Assembly: GCA_030524135.1 (NCBI GenBank)
Contig: JAUNHA010000006.1
Coordinates: 2,087-66,086 of the forward strand
Reading direction: 5' to 3'
DNA from: Eubacteriales bacterium
Lineage (GTDB): Bacteria > Bacillota > Clostridia > Lachnospirales > Lachnospiraceae
DNA length: 64,000 nt
Shown here one piece after another: positions 55,495 to 63,994 of the stretch. A program made the position numbers and the translations under genes. Numbering within the stretch: position 1 is the stretch's first letter; every line of letters starts with the position of its first letter. The notes below the pieces were generated by a model. It was not told the DNA's origin. It saw nothing but the letters and a program-made list of their open reading frames with translations, and made no database searches.

Positions 55495-58005
55495 TCATAA
55501 GGGTTTTAAAGATAAATAATGACATAAGTCTAGTGCGAACATCTGCTTCCTTGCTACTGAATGCATTCCGGTCATCAAATCGCTTCTTAAAACAGCAACT
55601 AACCCGTTTCGATTACTATAAACGAAGCACCCCTGCATCAGTTGGCGAATAGCTTTTCTATCGTTGTTGATTAACACTTTCATTTTCAACGCTTGTTCAA
55701 TAGCCGAGCCAGCCGTCAGCTCTTCACTCATATAACTTGCAATGATTGGTGCCAATTCATCTGAAATTGGATATTTTCTAAAATATGCAGATGTAAAAGT
55801 TTTACGAGTATTATCCTCTCGCGCAATATAATCATAACTATCCACAAATGCCTTATCTTTTTCTTTGTGCAAGTCTGGTATGGTATTGTCTCTTAACGCC
55901 TCCACACATTTTATTACCGAGCTACACCTTCTTTTAAAATAGCCATTACCAATTTTATTCGCTCTCTTCAAATAGGAGATTAACTTATCGTACTCATTAC
56001 AATATTTAATCAATTCCATGCATGGCCGAGGCGTTCCCTGTGTACTAAAGGCCGAAACAACAAAAGGCCATATTTGCTGTGCAGTGAAGAATTGCGCATT
56101 TTGAAGAATACCTGCTTTATTAACACCCAGAGCAAACAAGTCAAGCAGAAAATCATCTATCGGCAAATCCAAGCGATTCTGCTCAAACCGAGTATTTGCA
56201 GATAGAACGTCTTGATTAAACTCTGCAGGTATCCCCGTTAAAGTTCGTTTTATATTCTGAATATCTATAGGTAACGCATTAGGATCATTAGGCGCTATTC
56301 TAACCGGCAATCCCTCCTTCCCGCCGCGATTCTTAAGCAAGTAGATACTATGAGCGTTTTCTAATGTCTCCACAAGATAACTAACATCGTTCTTAGTCGG
56401 AGGAATGATTGTCAGTTTCTCCAATAGTGCCACCCATTCAGGTTTATCATCTGGAATATAGGGCATTATTAAATACATATTGCGAAGATATCCAACTTTG
56501 TCTTCATCCGATTTGGAAACTGCAATTCGTCTTGACAAATCTTCTATAATTACTTCTCGGTCTCGAACAGTAGATTCAGGTGCGGGAATGTTTTTCAAAT
56601 ACGCCTTTAATTTTTTCCCTTGTGATAGAAGGCTAAAAAACTGGTAAATATCATTTGCCGTAGTAACCGTAATATCGCGAGAACATCCTTGACCTGCATG
56701 GAGACCATTCGCTCTCAGTGTTTGTAAAATAGTAAATTTATTTACATATGACAACAAATTTGCTTTTTGTTCTGCATTTGTGTTTTTATCTTTCCAAATA
56801 AAATCGAACTCGGGAGATCCTTTTGAGATTCCCGCCTTGAACTCTTTAAGAACTTCTGTGCCAAATTTATAAACATCAGATTGAATATCTCCCTCTTTAT
56901 ACATTGCCTGGATTCCCTTTGCTTGTACAAGACACGCTTTTATTACCAACTCAACAGAAGCTCCCAAAAGGCCAATTATCGGAGCATACTTTGTTTCTTG
57001 ATGCTTAGAACGACAAGCTGTAGGAATTGACAGTCCGTATAAGGCCAAGAGATAGGATTCGATTCCACCATACAAAATCGGAATCGCTTTACTTTTCATA
57101 AACTGCGGCATACAATCCTTCCCGTGGGTCCCCTCAAAACGGTCCGGGTCAATCAGGGAGAGGAACAGGTGGAAATCGTCCTCTTTTCCATTATGAGGTG
57201 TCGCCGTCAGGAGCAAAAAGTTCTTTGTAATGTTAGAAAGCAGTCTGCCCAGAGAAAACCTGCGTGTATATTTTATCTCGCCACCCCAGATGGTGGCAGA
57301 CATTTTGTGTGCCTCATCGCAGACAATCAAATCCCATTCCGAGATTTTTAGCTTTTCCTGTATAGCATCGTTTCTGGCCAGCTTATCCAGACGGCAGATG
57401 CACAAGTCCACTTCGTTGAACACATTGCCAGTGGCCGCAGATTCAATTCTGTCGTTGGTCAGAATATCAAAATGTAAATGAAATTTCTGGAATAACTCAT
57501 CCTGCCACTGCTCCACAAGGCTTCCCGGCGAAACAATCAGGCAGCGTTTTAGGGAGCCACGAGCGATCATTTCCTTGATGAACAAACCGGTCATAATCGT
57601 TTTACCGGCACCCGGATCGTCTGCCAATACAAATCTTAGAGGGAGACGCGGCAGCATATCCTGATAGACCGCAGAAATCTGATGCGGCAAAGGTTCTACG
57701 GATGAAGTATGCACTGCCAAATATGGGTCAAATAAATGTGCAAGACCAATACGATACGCCTCTGAAGCCAAACGCACCTGATCCCCATCTGCATCAAAAC
57801 TCCATGGAAGATGACTATCTTTTACCTGAATGCTTTCTTCATCTGCTCGATAGAGCAACTGTGTTCCGGGAACACCCTTGCTATTTTTGTATGTAATTTC
57901 TATCACATTGGTTCCATACCATTGGACGGCTACCACATTAACAGGTTCATTCCCCGCTATTCCAGTCAGATGGCTACCCACTGTAATATCTTCAAGTTTT
58001 GCCAT
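55495..58005 (-). CDS. chimeric ORF: RapA/SNF2-like helicase N-lobe (aa 1-298) fused to a 538-aa region of unknown function
   Basis: The N-terminus has a Tudor/SH3-like segment, motif I DDPGAGKT, motif II DEAH and motif III LLLTATPHNG. After ...DPDRFEG the SNF2 pattern stops, with no helicase-C motifs IV-VI. GC drops from ~60 % (57121-57180) to ~38 % (57061-57120) at the junction. Confidence 0.7.
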   Translation of the reverse strand: MAKLEDITVGSHLTGIAGNEPVNVVAVQWYGTNVIEITYKNSKGVPGTQLLYRADEESIQVKDSHLPWSFDADGDQVRLASEAYRIGLAHLFDPYLAVHTSSVEPLPHQISAVYQDMLPRLPLRFVLADDPGAGKTIMTGLFIKEMIARGSLKRCLIVSPGSLVEQWQDELFQKFHLHFDILTNDRIESAATGNVFNEVDLCICRLDKLARNDAIQEKLKISEWDLIVCDEAHKMSATIWGGEIKYTRRFSLGRLLSNITKNFLLLTATPHNGKEDDFHLFLSLIDPDRFEGTHGKDCMPQFMKSKAIPILYGGIESYLLALYGLSIPTACRSKHQETKYAPIIGLLGASVELVIKACLVQAKGIQAMYKEGDIQSDVYKFGTEVLKEFKAGISKGSPEFDFIWKDKNTNAEQKANLLSYVNKFTILQTLRANGLHAGQGCSRDITVTTANDIYQFFSLLSQGKKLKAYLKNIPAPESTVRDREVIIEDLSRRIAVSKSDEDKVGYLRNMYLIMPYIPDDKPEWVALLEKLTIIPPTKNDVSYLVETLENAHSIYLLKNRGGKEGLPVRIAPNDPNALPIDIQNIKRTLTGIPAEFNQDVLSANTRFEQNRLDLPIDDFLLDLFALGVNKAGILQNAQFFTAQQIWPFVVSAFSTQGTPRPCMELIKYCNEYDKLISYLKRANKIGNGYFKRRCSSVIKCVEALRDNTIPDLHKEKDKAFVDSYDYIAREDNTRKTFTSAYFRKYPISDELAPIIASYMSEELTAGSAIEQALKMKVLINNDRKAIRQLMQGCFVYSNRNGLVAVLRSDLMTGMHSVARKQMFALDLCHYLSLKPL

Positions 58006-58014
58006 AACATTGAG

Positions 58015-58023
58015 CCCCCCCCC
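58015..58023. repeat. C9 (G9 on the coding strand) homopolymer between the XRE stop and the helicase-chimera start
   Basis: 9 C residues counted by hand. On the minus strand the sequence reads GGGGGGGGG-ctcaatgtt-ATG, so the tract occupies the RBS position of ORF 55495..58005. Confidence 0.9.
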
Positions 58024-58029
58024 ACTGCT

Positions 58030-58263
58030 TTATTTTTGCGTTTCCTGAGACTCTGGTGGCTGATCAGGAATCAATTCCATGATGTCATCGAATGTACAGC
58101 CCAGCACTTTACAAATGCTTACCAGCGTATCTGTGTTTACATTTTCCCCACGGTTCAGCTTATTGACTGTATATGTGCTGATATTAGCAGCAGCGGCTAA
58201 ATCCTTTTTTTTCATATCCTTGTCTATCAGGAGCTTCCACAATTTTTTATAGCTTACGCCCAT
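58030..58263 (-). CDS. XRE (Cro/CI-type) HTH regulator
   Basis: Trimmed to ATG 58263 (RBS AAGGAGAA). MGVSYKKLWKLLIDKDMKKKDLAAAANISTYTVNKLNRGE... Confidence 0.85.
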   Translation of the reverse strand: MGVSYKKLWKLLIDKDMKKKDLAAAANISTYTVNKLNRGENVNTDTLVSICKVLGCTFDDIMELIPDQPPESQETQK

Positions 58264-58907
58264 ATCGTTCTCCTTTTTTCGCCGAGTAAGTGGACACATA
58301 CTACTCTACATTATACACATCCAATGGCGGAGAAGCAATATTTAAATTGAGCGAAAGCTCAATTCTTTTTAGTTTTATCACAACTGTTATCAAATGTACG
58401 CTATACACGACAACCACCACAACAACTCTTTTGCAAGCAGGGCATAGGTGCTACCTATGCGTTTTTGCTTGTTGGGGAATACCTCCCCAATCCCCTCAAA
58501 GTACAATGCCTTTGGCACTGGCGGCGCATCCGTTCCGGACGCTTTTTAAACATTCACTCCAAATAAAAAGCTGAGGTGTAAATCCCCAGCCTAATCAAAA
58601 ATATTGAAGTTGCCATCCTGAACTGAACCATTCAAAGAACACTTACTCGCTATCCCACTTCAGGTTTTCCCTATGAAATCTGAATATTCTCTGATCAATG
58701 CCACCGATCAAAGCTCTTCATATAATTTACACATCATAATATGTTTTTCAACATTTTCATCGTCTATCTTGAATCCGGCATCCAAACGTACCCGTGCGCC
58801 TTGTTATAGAGGTTCTGCTAGGATTTCTCGTACTCATTATCTTTTAGTTTCTTCATTATGTATGCTCTTTTAGGACTCTGTTTGTTTTCCCCTTTTTATC
58901 CTGTATT

Positions 58908-60111
58908 CTAAAGTATATCTGCATAATATCTTCTGTTGATATTAGAAAAAATCACTTTGGCTGGGAAAAGCTTCATTCCCATTGCTGCCATTCCAACAAC
59001 ACTACATGCCCATTCCCTTAATTCATTCGGAAGTCGAAAGCTTGTCGGTTCTCCATCCTTTAGAATTGTTACTATTGGAATGAAATTTTTGTACACCCCC
59101 ACCGATAATACATTAAAAGTTTGAGAACCTTCATGTAACGACAAAAGAGGTTGCTTTCCCGAATCAAAATATACCCTCCCGCCCCTTTTATTCAGAAATG
59201 ATTCTTCATCGAAGGGAATTACAGGCTCAATAGGCAATTTGTTTCTTCTGCATTCAAAATATCTTGCTGATTGCTCACAAGCAAACGCATTATAATATTC
59301 ACCTTGCATATCTATGTCAGATCGAATCTGTTCTGCAGATTCAAAATGATTCATAAAATTCAACAGAGCATTGAATGTAACCAAATCATCCGAATAAATA
59401 CCGGGCAGGTTGGTATAGTTCGCTCTGACAAGTGCGTTTCTGAAAGACCAAGCGTTCTCTGCAAAAATATCATTAGTAGCTGAAAAGCCGAGGGTTCTCA
59501 AATACTTGATAAAGAATACCGCTGTGGTTCTTGTGTTGCCTTCTCCGAAGATATGGATTTGCCATAACCTCGAAACAAAGACTGCAAGATGATGAATAAT
59601 TTCTTCCATCGAAAGTCCTTTGTAGCTAAAGTCTTTCTCCTGCGAGAAATCATATTCAAGGGTTGCTCTCAGTTCCGAAGCGCTGCCATAAAGGACAGTC
59701 GCTCCGTCAAGCACCCATTCTTTTTTGTGATATTGTAATCTCTTATCTTGCCTGCGTGTTTATAGATACCCTGAAACAGCTTTCGGTGGATAGAGATATA
59801 CTCGGGGAGAATGAAAAAGCAGTTTCCGAAAGTATCTGTGCGATACGGGATGATACCTTATCCGCTTCTTCTGTACGCTCGTCGTCCGACAAATGTGTCG
59901 GTCTTTCCTCATAATAGCTGTCTATGAGATTTTGCGCTTCTTTTATTGTAATTTTCCCCTCAATATTTTGAATGGCCGTATCAATCAAATATTGGGAAGG
60001 TTTCAGTCCGTCCACCGCCTGAAGTCCGATTGCCGTACTCCACGCATAGCCTTTGCTGAGTTTATCCGGCTCAGACTCCTTCAGATATTCCTTAAATGGG
60101 TCTTTATTCAT
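58908..60111 (-). pseudogene. Fic family (AMPylase-type) gene with two frameshifts and a non-canonical 3' end
   Basis: ORF 59743..60111 is the typical N-terminus (MNKDPFKEYLKESEPDK...AIGLQAVDGLKPS). ORF 58908..59714 carries the Fic motif HIFGEGNTRTTA. The segment joining them reads in a third frame: ...PEYISIHRKLFQGIYKHAGKIRDYNITKK... The shifts are at the G4 run 59804-59807 and the T6 run 59721-59726. Confidence 0.8.
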
Positions 60112-60137
60112 CTTATTTCCTTATTTTCTTTGCTTTT

Positions 60138-60857
60138 TTAATCCGTCAGCAACCTGCTTAGCAGTTGTTTTCTATTATTGATAAACATTTCCGTTATTTG
60201 ATAACTGTCCGTATCTTCATACGAGCAAGTATGCAGCTTTCCATCGTCAAATGTCAATATCTCTGCGTCCGGCAGACCTAACAAAATCGGAGAATGTGTT
60301 ACGATAAAGAATTGCGAACCTTTTTTCGCACATTCATAGATTTCAAGCAATAGCGTTAATTGTCTTTGCGGCGACAAAGCTGCTTCAGGCTCATCGAATA
60401 TATAAACTCCATCTTCCTTTAGCTGACTCTGTGCGATTGCAAGAAAACTTTCCCCGTGTGATTTTTCGTGATACTTTTCCGATGGGTGTTCAATATCAGC
60501 ATATTCTTCTTCCATAGTCGCTACATTATAAAAACTTTCCGCCCGAAGAAAATATCCCCATTTTGCTTTGCGATACCCTCTGCCAAGCCGCATTGCTTCA
60601 CACAGTTCCGAATGTGAGTCATAAGTAGAAAAGCTGTAATTTTTTGTGCCGCCTTCAGGATTAAATCCATAGGCTATCGCAATAGCCTCCAGCAATGTGG
60701 ATTTTCCACTTCCGTTTTCTCCGACAAAAAAGGTAACAGGCTTACTAAAAGTCAGCTTTTTCAGTCCCCTGATAGCTTCAATTGACCTTAAATAACTTCC
60801 TCGTTCAATTTTATTCCAATCAATCTCTACTCCCTGAACAAAAAGATTATTCATCAT
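60138..60857 (-). CDS. small stand-alone ABC-type (AAA_21-like) ATPase
   Basis: 239 aa. Walker A GENGSGKST, signature-like SHGESF, Walker B IFDEPEAALS and H-loop THSP. It overlaps the upstream WYL gene end by 11 nt. Confidence 0.8.
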   Translation of the reverse strand: MMNNLFVQGVEIDWNKIERGSYLRSIEAIRGLKKLTFSKPVTFFVGENGSGKSTLLEAIAIAYGFNPEGGTKNYSFSTYDSHSELCEAMRLGRGYRKAKWGYFLRAESFYNVATMEEEYADIEHPSEKYHEKSHGESFLAIAQSQLKEDGVYIFDEPEAALSPQRQLTLLLEIYECAKKGSQFFIVTHSPILLGLPDAEILTFDDGKLHTCSYEDTDSYQITEMFINNRKQLLSRLLTD

Positions 60858-61837
60858 CTACCACTCCATTTATCGCTATCGACTCCCGAAGCATATTCTT
60901 ATACTGTTCTTTCAAGCTCTCCGGTGCAAGTATCTGCACCTTGCCGTTAAATCCAAACAGCCAGCCGAAGAATGTAGGACTTGCCGATACTTCGGTCTGT
61001 ATCCGGAACGAAGTCATATCATAGGCAAGGGTGGTAACATCTTCTCCGAAACGGTCAACCATCGTTTTCATCAGGCTGTTATCACAGCGCAAGTCTACCT
61101 TAACCTTTTCTCCGGGGAACATAAAGAATACTTCTTTCGTAAAGTTCTCAATATCAAAATCATCGGGCATTGGAAGAACTATTTTTTCCAGCATATCCGG
61201 TATCCCTGCAATGCGATCCACTCTGAAATTGATAACCTTTTGTTTCTTTTCGGAATAACCAATCACATAATAATAATCGCCGCTCCAAAGAAGCTTATAT
61301 GGACTGAGCTTATATACTTCTCCCTTGTTTTTCAGTTCTTTCTTCTTGAGTCCAGTGTAATCATAATACTGGAAGGAAATCTGTTTCCCAGTATTAATGG
61401 CATCGTTTATGGTGTCAATGATGTAGTAAATTTGCTCATTGTCCGGCTTAATTCGATTGACAACATAATTATTACGCTTGAGCTTTTCTACCTGTCCCCG
61501 GACTTGTCATCGTATGTATCTTCTCAATCAGCGCTTTGCTTTTCTTATCGGTAATCACTCTTGAGGACTCCACAGCGTCAATCAGCAGCTTTAACTCCGG
61601 CAATTCAAACTGCCGGCTTGCCACAAAATACTTACACTGCGTAGAATGAATAACCACTATATCCATTCCGAACTCCTGCAAGGCGGCAATATCCTTTGCA
61701 AGCGTTACCCGATGTGTCGATATATCATATTCATTCTTCAAAATATCCAATATTTGATTTGTAGTCAGAGTGTGTTCCTCATCGGTTCGTTCCTCTAAAA
61801 TTTTCTTTATATATAAAATTCTCGGTTTTACTTCCAT
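60847..61837 (-). pseudogene. WYL-domain transcriptional regulator gene, frameshifted
   Basis: ORF 61472..61837 is the wHTH N-terminus. The frame of ORF 60847..61266 stays open upstream to about 61490 and encodes ...QVEKLKRNNYVVNRIKPDNEQIYYIIDTINDAINTGKQISFQYYDYTGLKKKELKNKGEVYKLSPYKLLWSGDYYYVIGYSEKK... The frames meet at the C4 run 61496-61499. Confidence 0.75.
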
Positions 61838-62112
61838 TTTATATCCTCTCCGATTATCTATTCCTCTATGCCTAATGCTCCAAATAATTCACTTTCAATT
61901 TTACTTATCTGCTCTATCGGTATCGCTGTCTTATCTCTCATAACAACGGTACGCTCATAATCATCAATTCTTTTTACCGCAGGTCAGTAATAATCTAAAT
62001 TTACTTGAGGTATTTTTTTGTGTCAATCTCTTGACCTATTTAAAGTATACAGGAAGCTTTCATTTACACTGGAGAAACAAAGATTCCATCAGCATTTCCC
62101 AAACATAAAAAA

Positions 62113-63513
62113 CTACTCCAAATCCTCCTTCGGCATGATCCGAAACTCCTGTATCAGGAACAGAACCGACAGCGCAAAGGACAGCAGATCCGTCACCGGC
62201 TGTGCATAGGCGATTCCCTCCACTCCAAAGAACCGGGGCACGAGCAATAACAGCGGAATCAAAAACACAATCTGCTTTGAGAAAGATAAAATTGCTCCTT
62301 TTGCCACTTTTCCAATGGATGGGAAAAATGTCGCGCAGCATATCTGGATTCCATTTAAAAAGACACAGAACAAAAATACACGCATAAACGGAATCGCAAA
62401 CTGAAAATACAGGGGATCCTCATTGGCACCGCCGAACAGAGAGAGAATCGGCTGCGGAAAGATCTCAAAGATCACCCAGACTGTTGTGGAAATTACCACT
62501 GCCGTCTTCAAGAACAGCTTCACCGTCTCCCGCACACGCCGGAACTTTTTTGCCCCGTAATTATAGCTGCAGATCGGCTGCGCCCCATTGATCAGTCCAA
62601 TGATCAAAGCAATGAAGATGACATTAACCTTCATAACAATTCCGGCTACCGCAATGGGCGTGTCCGCTCCATAAACAGATTTCTCTCCATATATACGCAG
62701 GACGTTATTCAGCGTAACCTGGACGATCACATTGGAAAACTGGAAAAAAAACGAATTAAATCCCAGCTTACAGATCAATAATACATCCTTTCTCCTTGGT
62801 AGAAAATCTGCCAAAGAAAAATGAACTGACTGAAACCTTGGAAAGTACGCTACCAGTATCAGCGCGGAGATCACCTGACTGATCACCGTCGCCCACGCTG
62901 CACCTGCGATTCCCCAATGAAACACAAAAATAAAAATCGGATCCAGAATCGTATTTAACACCGCTCCCACCACAATGGCCATCATAGAATAGTTCGGACT
63001 TCTGTCTGCCCGGACGAGCGGATTGATTCCTGTTGAAAAAAGCAAAAACGGAATCCCCAGAGATGTAATTCCCGCATATTCCATTGCGTAAGGCAGGATA
63101 TTATCCGTTGCGCCGAACACCCGAAGCATTGGTTCCAGGAAAGCACGGACAAGTATGCAGATGATCACTCCGCATATAACCAGCGCTCCTGCGGCACTTC
63201 CCGCTATTTTCCTCGCTTTTTCCTCCTCTTTTCCACCCAGCTCCAGATTAAATCCGGCAGCAGAACCAAGTCCCACCATAAGCCCGATCGCCATGCAGAC
63301 CGTTGTCAGCGGAAATGCTACCGATGTCGCAGCATTTCCCAGCTTGCCCACACCCTGACCGATAAAAATCTGGTCGACAATATTGTAAAGCGCATTCACC
63401 ACGTTGGCAATGATTGCAGGAACCGCCAGTGAAAGCAGCAATCCGCCCAGCGGCTTTGTTCCCAATGGATTTGTCATTTCTTCTGATCTAGACATTCTCA
63501 TCTCTCCCTTCAC
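62113..63513 (-). CDS. MATE family efflux transporter
   Basis: 466 aa with 12 predicted TM segments. Its start overlaps the marR-like stop by 4 nt. Confidence 0.85.
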   Translation of the reverse strand: MKGEMRMSRSEEMTNPLGTKPLGGLLLSLAVPAIIANVVNALYNIVDQIFIGQGVGKLGNAATSVAFPLTTVCMAIGLMVGLGSAAGFNLELGGKEEEKARKIAGSAAGALVICGVIICILVRAFLEPMLRVFGATDNILPYAMEYAGITSLGIPFLLFSTGINPLVRADRSPNYSMMAIVVGAVLNTILDPIFIFVFHWGIAGAAWATVISQVISALILVAYFPRFQSVHFSLADFLPRRKDVLLICKLGFNSFFFQFSNVIVQVTLNNVLRIYGEKSVYGADTPIAVAGIVMKVNVIFIALIIGLINGAQPICSYNYGAKKFRRVRETVKLFLKTAVVISTTVWVIFEIFPQPILSLFGGANEDPLYFQFAIPFMRVFLFCVFLNGIQICCATFFPSIGKVAKGAILSFSKQIVFLIPLLLLVPRFFGVEGIAYAQPVTDLLSFALSVLFLIQEFRIMPKEDLE

Positions 63514-63788
63514 GCAAACTTCGAAAGTAACTTATTCAATAATTCTGAAAGCTGCATCCGCTCATCCTCCGTCAGCGCAGCCGTAAATTCCTCTTCCAGA
63601 GACTCACCGATACGTTCCAGCTCTTTTCGCATCTCAAGGGCCTGCTCTGTAAGGCCGATCACCCGGCTTCTCGCATCCTCCGGATTTACTTTACGGCACA
63701 CAAACCCTTTTTTCTCCAGCTGATCTATCAATCCGATCGTCGTCGGATGAGTCAGTGAATAATACTTTTCCAGATCGATCTGTCTCAC
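63510..63788 (-). CDS. MarR family regulator, N-terminally truncated
   Basis: The 92 aa start inside the wHTH (...THPTTIGLIDQLEKKGFVCRKVNPEDARS...). The same frame is open upstream only to a TAA near 63850, and no normal MarR N-terminus is present. Confidence 0.65.
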   Translation of the reverse strand: MRQIDLEKYYSLTHPTTIGLIDQLEKKGFVCRKVNPEDARSRVIGLTEQALEMRKELERIGESLEEEFTAALTEDERMQLSELLNKLLSKFA

Positions 63789-63808
63789 CCTTTCATCATA
63801 TATAAATT

Positions 63809-63994
63809 TTATCTTCTGCGTCCTCTTGTACTTCCCTGAACTTCCAATAAATTAATCTTTTCAAATTTCTTAATGCAAAGAATCAGAAATACCATACCTA
63901 TGCCAAATGCAAATATCCAGCTAACATAAGGCAAAATTGTTATTGAGCCGAAATGAATGGCAATTCCCTGATGAATCAGTTCCGTAGCCGACAA
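63809..63994 (-). CDS. possible small membrane protein (may continue beyond the right edge)
   Basis: Hydrophobic 61-aa ORF in AT-rich DNA. Its start lies 6 nt from the window end, so its extent is unknown. Confidence 0.3.
   Translation of the reverse strand: MSATELIHQGIAIHFGSITILPYVSWIFAFGIGMVFLILCIKKFEKINLLEVQGSTRGRRR

Noticed and set aside
61838-62112. The missing 5' half of the macro-domain gene, or an att site, at the right flank of the WYL cluster.
   Set aside because: Three-frame hand translation gave only short peptides (for example the 27-aa MRDKTAIPIEQISKIESELFGALGIEE) with no macro-domain signature.
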